From Camelus dromedarius (lineage: Eukaryota): a stretch of 64,000 nt of DNA. The DNA lies in contig NC_087437.1 in the NCBI RefSeq assembly GCF_036321535.1, positions 107,014,001 to 107,078,000 on the forward strand. The letters are read 5' to 3'. Below are positions 24,678-37,805 of this stretch, piece after piece. The notes under the pieces are model-generated. The model was given only the letters and a program-made list of their open reading frames with translations, did no database searches and was not told the origin of the DNA. Position 1 is the stretch's first letter. Every line of letters begins with the position of its first letter. A program made the position numbers and the translations under genes.

Positions 24678-25020
24678 TGTGTTAGTCCAGGTCTTGCAAG
24701 AAGCAGACCCAAAGAAATTTATTAGGGGAAATGCCTGTGAATAAAAATGAGGCTGGGAGACCCATCAGACCCCATGTAAGTCTGAGCCCAGGTGAAGGAG
24801 AAAATAATTTTTTTAGACCAGTGTGTAGTCTAAGGAAGGTTTAGCAAGGCCATTGGGGAATCCCAAGGAAAAGGTGTCCAGTAGCAGAGTCCCCTGCACC
24901 CTAGGATTGGCATTGCCTTGGTGTCACTGAAGTGCTTACCCACTGGCTGGCAACAACCTTTGGAAGCATGGTGTCAACTCAAACATGGCGATGGAGTGTA
25001 GTTTCCTATACTCCCTTACG
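24678..25020 (-). mobile_element. LTR16-family ERVL LTR (5' LTR of the adjacent provirus)
   Basis: tgtgttagtccagg...agaagcaga...atttattaggggaaatgcctgtga...gtctgagcccaggtgaaggaga pattern of antisense LTR16. Confidence 0.65.
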
Positions 25021-25174
25021 TTAGAGCTCTGCAAGGTGCATACTCGGCCCCAGAATCGCTTTCTATAGGTTCCTTCTAGTGAATAGCTTATGTAATTAAT
25101 CCGGATTTCAGTCCTGTAAAAATTGGACCTTGACTCAACATTAACAGAAAGTTTCCCTGAAGTTATTACAATCA

Positions 25175-25340
25175 TTCATTGGCACACAATTTGTGCAATA
25201 TCACATAGCCTTGCCCTTAGAATTTCAGAATAGTTTAATGCTTTGCTATTGCCATCTTGAATTTCTTAATAATTCTTGAACAAATGGGCCGTGATTTCAT
25301 TTTGCATTGAGTCTTGCAAATTACATAGCCAGACTTGTCA
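25175..25340 (+). mobile_element. MER91-like hAT-Tip100 MITE
   Basis: gtttaatgctttgctattgccatcttgaatttcttaataattcttgaacaa...cattttgcattgagtcttgcaaattacatagcc. Confidence 0.7.
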
Positions 25341-26159
25341 ACCCTACCAGTGAAGTCTAGCCTATCAGGAATAAGAATAAATATTAGGGCTGTCTTGGCT
25401 AAAATATTCAATTTGTTCTCTTCAGAGACACTCCGGCTAGCTTTTCAGCAGCTATTTAACTCCACTCTGAAAAGTTTCCCATTTTAAGAACACAATCATC
25501 AGTTCACTTCTGCTGAGATTTTCAATATTTATATTTCCGCTGGATTCTAAACCCCTTTAAATCACTACTGTTTATGAGAACAGAGAACACAACTTCTGCT
25601 TTCAAAGTCCAGCAAAACAATTTGAACCCATTAGTCAGGATTGCCATGGGCATTGCATAGCATTTGACTTATCTTTTAGGTAGCCAACAGGCAGCTGATG
25701 CTTATAATAACACATCTGACTGCACCTATATAAATATTACAGATCAAGTAAAAAAAAATCCATGACTAGGGGTAAAAAGCAAACCAGGTGTGTAGAAAAG
25801 ACCGAGGTGAATGTTGTGACAAATTTTTATCGGCCGCATTTGGTAATTTACCTCTTGCTTCAGTTTCTCTTACAAAGATTGATCAGCAGTTTCTCCCCCT
25901 TGTGACTGGCTGAGTTACAACTGGCTGCTGGATCCTTCCCCAAATCTTAAGTGTTATTACACAGCCATTGTCACATCAGATGGTTCAGTGGCTCCTCCTC
26001 TAACAAAAGGAGCAAGAAAGACTGACCCAAATCCAACTACAGACAATCTTCTCCAAGCAACCATATGGTCAGCAAACTCGTGGCAATGATAATGACCTGG
26101 ATATTGTACATTCATATCTTGCGGGTCTGCTTTGTCCACTTGTGGCCAAAAGATGATAC

Positions 26160-26715
26160 TGAGAAAGACAGAAGTTTCCCTGGTGGCAGTCTGCTGAGCG
26201 GGCCTGGCTCTGACAGCTAGGCCACGGGATTCTGCTGGACATCAGGAATGTCACGGAACACATCAGACAAGGCCAGTCTGTGACTGAGAAGGAGCAAAAG
26301 CAAAACAAGACCCCTCCTTAATCATGTCGGCTTGAGCACAGCCAAAATCAAGAACACAGTCCAAATCACGGAGCAGTCAGACACCCACCTCCCTTAGCTG
26401 CAAGAGTGACTGGGGCTGCTTTACCAAATATAGCTTTACCCTGCTTCACTCGCCCAGGCTTTAGATAAAAAATTGCGATACCCCAATTATAGAATTGCCC
26501 TTGCTTTCTGACAGCACTCAATTCAGACCGAACTATGCTTTCTTGAACTCTCTCCAAAATCATGTCACAGAAGCCCCAGTTCTACAACGCCCACCCCCGA
26601 CACGGTCACTGAGCTGCTCCATGGCTCCCCCTGGTGTGTGTTCTCTCTCATAGCAATGAGCCAATAAACCCAGCTTTATTTGACAGCAGCTGTGCTCTAA
26701 GAGGGCGTGGCTAGG
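26160..26715 (+). mobile_element. MER90-like ERV1 solo LTR
   Basis: catcagacaaggcca...atacccccaattatagaattgcccttgctttctgacagca-type blocks and gagccAATAAAcccagc. Confidence 0.7.
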
Positions 26716-27049
26716 TCTTGCCTCAGTTTTAAATTTTGATTCTATCTTTATTTGTACAGCTGTTTGTAAAAGTTGGGCTCCTCACAGAATTGTAAAGGCA
26801 GGAACTGTGTCAATTTGGTTCACACTGTATTCACAAAGCCCGTACAAAGCCTAGTTATTTTATAATCTGTAAGTACTTGTTGAATGCATAGAGAAGAAAG
26901 GACATCGGAGAATGGGAAAAAAAAATTAATATATGGAAAAAAAAAGCTTAAAAAATGATCCTCTTTACCATTTAAAACTCCATCAACAAATCGTGATAAG
27001 CTCAGAATCAATATCTTTGCTTTATAGAGACTTACCTTAAAAACACAGC

Positions 27050-27441
27050 CCTACAATCGGATATTATTTGGCCATAAAAAGGAATCTAGTACTGATGTAC
27101 GCTGCAACATGGATAAACATTGAAAACACTGTGCTAAGTGAAGGAGGCCAGTCACAAAAAGCACATAATCTATGATTCTATTTACATAAAATGTACATTA
27201 GGATTATCAATACAGAAAATAGATTTGTGGTTACCTAGGGCTGGAGGGCTGGGGGAATTGGAGGTGACAGCTAAAAAGTTTTTTTTTTTTTTGATGGAGT
27301 AATGAAAATATTCTAGAATTGGTTGTGGTGATGGATTGGATTGGCACAACTCTATAAATACACTGAAAGCCATTGAATTGTGGAAGTTTAAATTGGTGAA
27401 TTAAATGAATCTAAGTATATAAATTGTATCTCAATAAAGCT
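27050..27441 (+). mobile_element. L1MB-type 3' end
   Basis: gccataaaaaggaat...caacatggataaac...tgctaagtgaaggaggccagtcacaaaa...ttgtatctcAATAAAgctg. Confidence 0.85.
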
Positions 27442-28806
27442 GCTACTAGAGAAAATGACCATCAGCATAGCGTTTTACACTCCTTAGAGGTGACACTTCT
27501 GATGTTTTTAATGACATGGAAACACACTATTAACATAATGCTATGCAAAATGGCAAGGCGCTGGAGTCAGTGCACAATGTGATGTAAACTATATTTATAC
27601 ACACACAGAGACTAAAAGGAAATGCTCTGAAATGTTAATGCTATTTATATCTGCGCTTCAAATGATTTTTATTTTCCATTGCATAGTTTTCATATTTTCC
27701 AAATATTCCATAGTGAGAAGATATTACTTATAATCAGAAAAATATCACAGAAATATTTGGCAAAATACCACGATTTTGTCTTGAAACAGATCTACTGCAA
27801 AATAGAAAGAAAGCTTTGGTGTCTTTCAAGGTAGTCATACCTCACAGAGGACACAGGAAATATATAAAGATATATATATATATATGAGAGTGGTGGGGAT
27901 TTTTCTTCAGAGACTAGCCTGCCAGGAATTAACATTTTCGGATGGCATTTGGTGATGGCCTTTGAGTCAAAGTTATCCACAGAGTCAAAGGCAAAATGTT
28001 AACTTTTCATAACTCATCTTAAGAATATTATGTCCTTGAGGAAGGCGGCATAAAATGTTGTCATTCCACTTATGATTTTCCTGAACTAATAAAAAAAATT
28101 GATCTTAAAAAAAACCAAACTCTCCTTTAAAACACAGCTTAAGAAAAATCTCAAGTGGTATTTTAAAACTCTAAATGTAAAATATATAAAAGTTATGCAG
28201 AGAAAAATTTGAAAGCTACAATGACATGGCCAGAAGAAGAAAGATTAATTTCCAGAGGGTGAAGCTGGAGAAAAAAATGAGATCTAGGGTGAGGAATGGA
28301 TGTGAGAGAAAAGGAAGAATTTCTGTAAATTATGAAAACACTGACATTATATTACAGGGTGAAATTGACTGCTTAGTGCAGCCATTTAGATATGGTATAA
28401 GAAATAAGTCTTTGTCCTTAAAGACACTAAGGGGACACTAAGCAAAGACAGGTCCAAAAATACGGAAAGATTCTTCTGCTACACTATGTAGTCAATAGCA
28501 AACTCACATTATGAATATGAACAAACATTAAGGATACACAGCTAAAGAGAGAGAGGTAGCTCCTGCAAGTCAGGTGGTCAGATTAAAAACAGATCCTGGA
28601 GCAAGACATTAAGGCTCCTCAGGACCCAGAAATAGATTTCATTCTCCTCTGAGAGTAGTCTTAATTGACCCAGCTGCCTTAATTCATAGGTTCTTCTGTC
28701 ACAAGCATTCTTACTCTGTCTCTTCACCTCTGCTTCTGTTTCTCTGCTTGTCATTACTTGGTTTTGATCTTGATTTCGCTTCTGCCTAGAATCTCAGCTT
28801 GGTAGA

Positions 28807-29174
28807 TGTTACGGACTGAATGTCCAAAATGCACAGGCTGAAACCCTAAATCCCAGTATGATGGTAATTGGACATGGAGCCTTTGGAAGGTAATTAGAGT
28901 CAGAATAGGTCATGGGAATGGGGCTGTCATGATGGGACTGGTGCCCTTTTAAGAAGAGACACCAAAGTGCTTGCTTGGGCTTCCTCTGCCGTGTGAAGAC
29001 ACAGCCAGAAGGTGGCAGTCTGCAAGACAGGATGTGAGCCCTCACCAGAATCCGATCATGCTGGTACCCTGATTTCAGACTTCCAGCCTCCGGAACTGTG
29101 AGAAATAAATTTTTGTTGTTTAAACCACTTAGTTTATGGTATTTTTGCCATGGCAGCCCAAGCTGACTAATAGA
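28807..29174 (+). mobile_element. Full-length MLT1A0-like MaLR solo LTR
   Basis: tgttacggactgaatg...gctgactaataga with a perfect 5-bp TSD GTAGA (28802-28806 / 29175-29179). Confidence 0.9.
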
Positions 29175-31984
29175 GTAGACTTTCCCCATTGCCCCTTAAA
29201 ACTTACTTCTTGAGATGTTTTGCATATTGGAGCTATGGTGGAAAGAAATTGAGAAAATCAAATAATAAAAAGTGTCTGTAACTTGCATAATTAGTGACTC
29301 TGTAAATTATGTAAAATTCTACAACCCAAAGCAAAGGTGTGTCTCGGTCTCTCCTTTTAAGTTTATATCTTACATAAATTTTATAACCTAATGTTTGACA
29401 CTAGTTTTACATTAATTGAATGTTTGAGTCTCTTAAAATGGAGCTGAGAAGAAGTTTTTTCCTGTACACTATCTGCTTGTTTTATTACGATGAAACAGGA
29501 ATGGCCTAAAGAAACAATGGCTTGGCTATTTGTTTTTTTAATTTCCAAAACATTAATTAACATTGCTTTTGAAAAGTTGTCTTGGAAAGATGCTTTTTAA
29601 GTGTATTGAATTGTACTCATTAAGTAGTCAGTACAAGTCACTCTTTTTAGATGATTTATTTGATCAGCTTCATAAAACTGCCTTTTGTAGTAGTAAAACA
29701 GCTTTGCAGGCCCATGGGGAGATCACATTCTTAGAACTCGGTTCTTATTCTCTTGCGTTACTGAGGTTTTACAACTGTCCTGGTGGGTGTCTGGCAGCAG
29801 ACGCTATGGTCCTTTTTCAAAGGAAAACCATGTTCGTCATGCTTCACGGTGAGGAACTTTGAGTCCTCATCCAAGCAGGAAGGCAGGAACTGGAGGAGAC
29901 ATAATTTATTTCCTAAGAGGCTGGTTGTGCTGGTTACACCCTGGCAGTTCACCTGCCCTAGTATTTCACACAGTGCTTGGTTTCCAAATCTAAGAAACTT
30001 AAGCTACTCTCCCTAGTTAACAGTAGAGCATACTTCTTATTCCAGTCCTGGGTGAAATTATCCTGCTACCCTGTCTGGCATAAAACATCTCTCAGAGTCC
30101 TGGTAGAAAGAAAAGACATTCCTGGAAGATAATTTAGGAGATAAGCTGTATGGCCACCTTTCAAAGTAATTCACATGCAAGCTTTGGATCAAACTCCGAT
30201 ATGATGGCTGTATATTTCAGTTACAGTGCTTGAGTGCGTAATAGATTCACCTCCACTGGACTGCATTCTAGTGGGCAGCTTTAGACTTCCTGCCAAAGCC
30301 ACTGAAAATGGGAGCTGAACCTGCTATAATACCACCCTTATGGACTTTGTGTACTGCATCTCTCTGCAGCTCCAACCTCATGTCCCAGGAGGAAACGCGT
30401 GTAAGCATTTGGGACACCTGAAGGCTTTGTATGACTGAGGAAATAATATATTTCCCTCTCTCAAGTAAAGAGAGTTATGATATAAAACATTTTCCTGTTC
30501 GCTCTAAGATGTGTAGTTAGACTTATACCAGTACTAAGGCATAGTACATTTGCTTTTCTCCTTTTAATTTTGTTTTCTCCCTCTTCAATCTTGTTATTTT
30601 TATTGTGCCATTCTTGCCAAATAACTTTCTTCAATCCTTTTAATACTGGGAAAGTAGAAACATATGATAAATAATTTGGTTTTTAAAATTAACGATAAAA
30701 TTGAGAACTGTGTAAAGTTAAATTAATTTGTTACCTCCTAAAGGTCCAATCCCACGTAGACTTCTAGGGAAAGAGAAATTAGCACTGATCCATCCTGGCT
30801 GTACAAGGTGGGCCGCCCCAATCCTCCTTGCAGGCGCTACTAAATGCTGAAAAACCTTGCTTGTAGGAGACAAAAAATGTCAGGGACTCTACCTCCTCTC
30901 CATAGTATGTGAAATTTCATGAAATCTAAAGGCAGTTACAACTGTCAAATACCTGCACACATAAAGGTTCATGAAGTCGTATTCAGGTCTACTCAAGGCA
31001 CCTTGACCCTATTTCTGTGGACTTATGAGTAGGGCATGCAAAATTCTGGTTTGTTATTTTATTGAAGCTTTACTTACAAAGAGATGAAAAATCACTAGGT
31101 TCACATACTCTTTGCCATTGTATTTTTAAATTTCAATATATTTCATATACTTAATTTTTGATGAAAGAATAAAGAGAAGGAAAACTAGCTTCATGCAAAA
31201 AAGAGGAAATAGGCTAGGATTCGTTTGTCAATAGAGACTTTTTCCTTTTTTATTTTTAACCAATTTACAGTGATTTGCTTCATCCAGTAGAGCTGACATA
31301 ACAAAGACACATTTTTACAACTTTTCATCTTTATCTGTTCATTTTTTCCAAAATGTCCAAAATGTTGAAGGAAAGAGCATGTGGACAATTGGTCAGATTG
31401 TCTGTCTAGAATTCAGGGCATCTCAACGTGGGGTTTCCCTGTGTTGGCATTTTCATTAGGACTGAGATTTGCTGATAACCCAACCTAAAGCAAAAGCCGT
31501 GGGATTGCCTACAAGACCGCAGGCTGATGTAGCCAAGAGCCAAGCCCTTTGCTCTCATCTCCACCTCTCAGTTTAACACCTCCATTCTGCCTTTTCTTTA
31601 TTTTGCCTGAAGGCTTATCCTCTGTGACTAAGCCTGTCCTCATAGATCAGTGCTGAGCCCTTCTCAACAGAGGAGTTACCTGCCGAGTGGTAAGGTTTTT
31701 TAAATACAAAGCCTGACATCAAGAGAGTTTATTTTTAGAACCAATCAACCAAGCCCCCTACATATGACAATAAAATAAGCCTAAGAGAAATTTTTCAGTA
31801 TAATTGACACAGAACTTGAAGCTAGGTGTTTAGATTTCTTATAAATGGCAGTCAGTAGGGCTTAAGGCTATATTTAATTTTATTTAGAAAAAGATAATGT
31901 GCCATTTCTAGCTCCTAATTACTGTGCATTAAATTTAGATGCATGGCTTTAATCTTTGAGCCACATCTGAATTTGATTTATTTA

Positions 31985-31985
<1 letters not shown>

Positions 31986-32016
<31 letters not shown>
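31986..32016. repeat. (TG)15 microsatellite
   Basis: Direct read. Confidence 0.95.
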
Positions 32017-32019
<3 letters not shown>

Positions 32020-32907
32020 ACAATGGGAGTGCATTCTCAATCATAGAGTAAAACATATGAAAAGAACAAGTGGACTGAAATAATGGATGGGAACTGTGGG
32101 TCCCCCTTGCTCTTGAGATTATCATTGGACAAACCTGAAGAGCTGGTAGAAAGAGTCTTGCTTAGACATATAGCTTCCTGTGTTCTTCTTGCCAAAATTA
32201 TACCACTTTATCCAGAAGTTTATCTTCTTCCACTGAGCCATCAATTTCAGGTGCGTTTAGAATATTCAAAGAGAAAGTGGACAACCTCCATCATTCCACC
32301 CAGAAGTTGGAAACTATCATCAGAAGACACTAAGCAATTAGACCATACATAGCAAGAGTTTTTGCACAGAATGGTTCTGTTTCTAATAATTTATATAAAA
32401 TTACACATAAAAGAGATCGGTGTATAATTCTTAATATTTGACCAAAATTGGGAACAATGTTAATGTCCAATGATAAATAACAAGCACACACATCAACTGG
32501 AGCACTCCCTTCCCCACTTTCCTATGTAAGATTACCTGTTTCATGAAGCCCACCTTTTTCTCTTTCCTAGTTTTACTCTTTCGTTTGGCTGGTTCAGATC
32601 TTCCCATAGCTTCTTGAAAGAGAATGCAGAGAAGGGCACGAATAAAGTGATTTTTAAAAAATGTTTTGTGCTTCTGAAAATGGCTTTATGCCTGGTAGTT
32701 TGATGGGTTATTAAATTTAGTTTGAAAGACATTTTGTGTAGAATTTGACAAGTATCATGCTATTGCTTCCAGCTCTCAAAGTTGCTGTCCAGAAGTCCCA
32801 TGTCATCATGAGTTCTCATCCTTTGCATGTAAGCTTCATCTCTAGTCTTCTGAAATTTCACAATTTTATGCTTTGGTGAGATTACCCTTTCAGTTATTGT
32901 GTTTGGC

Positions 32908-33770
32908 TTTTTTAAATTGAAGTACAGTTGGTTTATAGTGTTGTGTTAATTTCTGGTGTACAGCATAGTGATTCAGTTATACATACATATATTCTTTTTC
33001 ATATTCTTTTTCATTATAGGCTACTGCAAGATATTGAATGTCGTTCCCTGTGCTGTACAGTAGGACCTTATTGTTTACCTATTTTATATATGGTAGTTGG
33101 TATTTGCAAATCCTGACTCCCAATTTATCCCTCCACCCTGCCTTCCCCCTCGATAGCCAAAAATTTGTTTTCTATGTCTGTGAGTCTCTTTCTGTTTTAT
33201 AAATAAGTTCATTTGTGTCATTTTTTTTAGATTCCATATATAAATAATATCGTATGATATTTTTCTTTTTTTCTGGCTTATTTCACTTAGTATGAAGATC
33301 TCTAGGTCCATCTGTATTGCTGCAAATGGCATTATTTCATTCTTTGTTATGGCTGAGTGGTATTCCATTATATATATATTATATATGTATATAATATATG
33401 TGTAATATAATATATATTTACTATATGTAATATAATATTATATTATATATAAGTAATATATGTTTAATATATAATTACATATATAATTTTTATTATATTA
33501 TATAAAATATTACATATATTGTGTGTGTGTATATGTGTATGTATGTGTATATATATACATATATATATATATATGTATATATATCTCATAACTTATTTAT
33601 CCAATCATCTGTCAATGGACATTTAGGTGGCTTCCATGTCTTGGCTAGTGTATATAGTGCTGCTATGAACATTGGGGTGCATGTATCTTTTCCAATTAGA
33701 GTTTTCTCTGGACATATGCCCAGGAGTGGGATGGCTGGTTCATATGGTAAGTCTATTTATAGTTTTTAGT
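32908..33770 (-). mobile_element. Cetartiodactyl-type L1 3' end (ORF2 C-terminus + 3' UTR)
   Basis: ORF 33084-33368 'MEYHSAITKNEIMPFAAIQMDLEIFILSEISQ' is an L1 ORF2 C-terminal motif; poly(T) at 32908. Confidence 0.9.
33369..33584. repeat. AT-rich compound (TA)n low-complexity tract inside L1
   Basis: Direct read; about 215 bp, almost only A/T with a (TG)/(TATG) section. Confidence 0.9.
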
Positions 33771-35426
33771 TTTTCTCCAGGCTGGAGATTCTTTAAAAAC
33801 AGTATGGAAAACAGTGCTTGACTATTTTGATGAGCCCTTTAAATCTAGAGTTCCATGACCTTCAGTTCTGAAGAGTTTTCTCATAGTGTTTTCTAAGATC
33901 TTTTTCCCCTCTTCTCCTTGTCTTCAAGTGGACATTTGACTTCCTGGACTGATCATCTCATTTTTCTTAATTTTCCTTTACAATTTTGTACCTGCTTCTT
34001 TTTATGCTTTATCTTAAGGAAAATTTCCTCTACTTGACTATTCAATCTTTTTCTGATTTCTTTTTATTCTTGTCATCATATTTTTTGAATTTCTAGGAGT
34101 TCTTTCTTTAAATTTTGCTTTTTTTCTGTTCCATGTATACAATATTATGTTCCTTCTCCTTATCTCTAAATTTCTCTTTTATATTTTTGCTTGTGTTTTG
34201 CAGCGGCATTTTGCACATATTTCTTATTATGTAAGTGATAATAAAAAAAGAACACACCTGCCATTGTTAATCTTTACAATATTTGATGTATTTGGGGACT
34301 GTTAATTTCTGCTCCCTTATTTTTCTGACATTTAAGAGAGATGCTTAGTTCATGAATTTTCAGTCATTCAATTAAAAGATATGCTCCTGATGAAATGCTA
34401 CGAATAAAATGACCTCCGATTGACTTCAAATGCATATGATTATCTTAATAGATGCAGAGGAATTGTCTGATCAAATTTAACACCAATTCATGGCTTAAAG
34501 ATAAAACAAAATGATATTAGAAATAGAAGATAACGTCTCAACGTCAAAAATGGCATCTATGACGTATTATTTAGAAAATGTCATAGTTAATGGTGATATG
34601 TTTAAAGTAGTCCTTAAGATCAACAACAGAACGAAACCGCTTCAGTTTGAAATTACTCTTCACAAACCAGTGCAACATAATCCTAAAAAAAAAATGCCAA
34701 CTGTCACAGGACAGAAAACATAGGTATTCATACTCTATTTCTTATACCTAAATAAACTGCAAAAGAATCAAATACTTAAACATTTAAAGAGGACAACAGA
34801 AAAGTCTGAAAAATTATGAGATCACTCATTTATGATGTCAAAGTGAAAGGTCTTTTAAACTAAGTCTTAAAATCCAGTGGCAACAAATTAATTAAGTTAG
34901 AGTACATTAAAATAAAAATCTTTTATGTGGGAAAAAAGTTAATTAAAATCGACCCAGCATTTTTGCCTCCGAAAGGCTATCCTGTATGCCTGTTTATCCT
35001 TTCCAAATGACATTATAACATTGTTCGTAATAGTAAAATCTTGGACATGTGCCTCAATAATGGAATTATAATTATATTATTGAAAAGAATGAAGATGCTC
35101 CCCGGTCATTATGTCCAGGGTATATTGCTAAGTGAAAAAAACAGGGTGCCTAAGAGTATATACATTTTTGTTCAAGAAAGGGGAGAATTAAGAATACATG
35201 CATTGTGCTTCTTTATAATTGAATAAAGTAATATTGAAAGAACACACAAGAAAATAATAAAAGTAGTTACCTATAGAAAGTAGAGGTGCACAGGATGGGT
35301 GAAAGAATTCTCAGGATATACCTTTTTCTAGGGTATACCTTTTTCTATCATTTTGACTTTTGTATCATATGAATGTATATTGCATCCATTAAATAACATT
35401 AAATACAAGTAAAATTAAAATAACCA

Positions 35427-35558
35427 GGGGAAGGGTAAAGCTCAATGATAGATTGCATGCTTAGCATGCATGAGGTCCTGGTTCAATCCCCAGGGCCTCC
35501 GTTAAAAAAAAATACATAAGTAAAGACATAAATCTAATTATTCCCCTCAAAAAATCAA
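35427..35558 (+). mobile_element. tRNA(Ala)-derived SINE, Vic-1-like (camelid)
   Basis: ggggaagggtaaagctcaatgatagattgcatgcttagcatgcatgaggtcctggttcaatcccc head with A/B boxes, A-rich tail with ctaattattcccc; 11-bp TSD taaaata(a/g)cca (35416-35426 / 35559-35569). Confidence 0.85.
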
Positions 35559-35761
35559 TAAAATAGCCAATAAACTGCTAACAAGTATATGCAAAATCTC
35601 TATGGAGAAAGTTATAAAACTTATTAAAATAAGTAAATGAGTTTATTGTATTTGTGGACTATACAAGTCATTATTACCACAAACGTCAGCTCTCCTCAGA
35701 ATGATTTGTTGACTCAATTTACTCAAATCCAAACCCTAGCAACATATTTTGTGGAAATTAT

Positions 35762-36186
35762 TATCTTAGCTTGGCCTATTATAAAAAAATAATACCATAG
35801 ATTGGGTGGTTTAAATAATAGACATCTCTCACAGTTCTGGGTGCTGAGAAGTCCAAGATCAAGGTGCCGGCCAATTCAGTTCCTGGGGAAAGCCCTTTTC
35901 CTGGCTTGCACACACTCATCTTCTTGTTGTCCTCGTAGGTCTGCTGGGGGCGGGGGGAGACATGAGGGGGTGGGGAGAGAGAGAAAGAGAGAGAGACAAA
36001 AGAGAAACAGAAAGTGCACTCTTGAGTCTCTTATAAGGCCACTAACCTCATCATGAGGACCCTGCCCTCATGACCTCATCAAAACCTAATTACCTCTCAG
36101 AGTCCCACCTCTTAATGTCATTACATTGGGGCTTAGGGCTTCAACGTATGAATTTTTAGGGGGGCACAAACATTCAGCCCATAACA
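35762..36186 (-). mobile_element. MLT1A0-like MaLR LTR
   Basis: ataccatagattgggtggtttaaataataga...agaagtccaagatcaaggtgccgg...acaaacattcagcccataaca. Confidence 0.85.
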
Positions 36187-36412
36187 CTTGTCCAGCTGAT
36201 GATATATATGTGAATCTGCGAAGGTCTGTGAATAGCCAAGACAATCTTGAAGAATAACACATTGAAAAGACATGTTTTGCCAAATATGTGGAATTATTTT
36301 AAAGCTGTGGTAATAGTCATGGAACAGGGACAGACATACAGACCAATAAAACAAATAAGGAACTCAAAAACACACCCATGTAGGGATTCCTTTTGACATT
36401 TGATAGTGGTGG

Positions 36413-36565
36413 TGTGGTAGGAAACATTGAGATTCACCAGGTATCCGTGTCCTCCCCACATGTCCCCCATTCCTTCATTTAGGTAAGAGCCACGTGATTA
36501 GTTCTGATCAATAAGCCATGAATAGAAGTGACGTGTGTCACTGCCCAGCCTGGGCAGTTAAAAGT
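36413..36565 (+). mobile_element. Old MLT1 (I/J-like) 5' fragment
   Basis: gagccacgtgattagttctgatcaataag...agaagtgacgtgtgtcact. Confidence 0.55.
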
Positions 36566-36694
36566 TTTTGAGAGAGAAAAATAAGGGGCCACTTTGGTAT
36601 GGTAATATTCAGGTACTTGTTCTGGGTAGAAGGGGTAAAGATTTTGTATTATTACTTTTCCTCAAAATACACATATCCTATTTTATTTGTGCCT

Positions 36695-37243
36695 TGGTAT
36701 TAGGGTTCTCCAGACAAACAGAACCAATAGGAGACACCTCTATTTTGATCTCCTATATATATATAACATATATGGTATATATTTGAATAAATATATGCAC
36801 TTCTAATAAACAATGTGATTTTAATAAAACAGAAAGTATAGATATACCACTCAGAGGATGATGGAGTCTGACAAGTCCCAATAGCTGCTGGACACCCAGT
36901 GGGACCAATGATACAATTCCAGTCTGAGTCAGGGGGCTGGAGAACCATGATGGTCAGTGGTATATATTCAAGTTCAGATCCAAGTCTGCAGGCAGGAGAA
37001 GACTGACATCCCAGCTCAAAGACGGGCAGGCAGAGAAAGTGGATTCTTCCTTAGTCAGGCTTTTTCTTTTCCTATTCATGTCGTCAGAGGATTGACTGAG
37101 ACCTGCTCACTTTGGGGAGAGCAATCTGCTTTGTTCAGCCAACTGATTCTAATGTTAATGTCATCAGACACACCCATAATAACATTTAACCAAATATCTG
37201 GGTACCCCATGGCACAGTCAAATTGGCACATAAAATTAAGCAC
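36695..37243 (-). mobile_element. MLT2-family ERVL solo LTR
   Basis: gtattagggttctccagacaaacagaaccaatagga...cagtcaaattggcacataaaattaa. Confidence 0.85.
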
Positions 37244-37494
37244 TGTTGTTTTCTATACATATGATATTTTTTCTACAAATTTTAATAAATTATACAAATT
37301 AGAATAGGTAAGGGAAGCTTTCCCATGAATGTTCTAGGCAAACCAAGAATTCTTTATCTACTAGTGCTATCTGCATATCACGTTGTCATGTTCCATCACT
37401 TGGTACATAAAAGATTATTCATTATAGATTTAATTTTTCATATTAAATGATTTACTTTCTTTGCTTTAAAGATTTGTAACTTCAAAAGCCAAAT

Positions 37495-37805
37495 CAGTTT
37501 CAACATGGTATTTAATAAATTACATGTAATAGCCAATGCTTTATATTAAAGTAGCTTGATGTTAGATGATTCTGCCCAACCACAGGCTCCAGAATATTCC
37601 TAAGAGTAGCAGTTGTTTTACCCTCATGGTCGTGTGGCTCAGTGTTTCTTCCCACCATAATGAAAGAGTTTCATACCATGTATCGCTAGCCTGGGAAAAC
37701 ATCAAACTTCAAACTTTGAAGTAGGTTCTACAGAATGTGCGTCCCTTTTGGATCATCATCAAGTTGAAAATCATAAGTTGAACCATCGTAAGTCAGGGAC
37801 CAGCT
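37495..37805. mobile_element. MER47/Tigger5-like TcMar element, rearranged
   Basis: Right end aagttgaaccatcgtaagtcagggacc in forward orientation; 37495-37588 reads as the reverse complement of the MER47 middle. Confidence 0.7.

Larger units (their letters stand above)
32690..34200 (-). mobile_element. Ancient L1 (L1ME/HAL1-like) relic hosting a younger L1
   Basis: T-rich antisense L1-like sequence (ttgcttccagc...gttgctgtccagaagtc; ttttcctctacttgactattcaatc) on both sides of 32908-33770. Confidence 0.45.
34440..36400 (+). mobile_element. Fragmented ancient L1 (ORF2/3' UTR pieces) carrying SINE and MaLR insertions
   Basis: atatgattatcttaatagatgcagagg, atatgcaaaatctctatggagaaagttataaaac, gaatagccaagacaatcttgaagaa, acagacatacagaccaataaaaca. 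Confidence 0.6.

Noticed and set aside
35322..35347. Short tandem duplication (g-a/g-tatacctttttcta x2)
   Set aside because: Ordinary slippage duplication within an old L1.
35427..35500. Possible tRNA-Ala(AGC) gene
   Set aside because: Substitutions in the stems and boxes, plus SINE tail and TSD, show it is a retroposed SINE.
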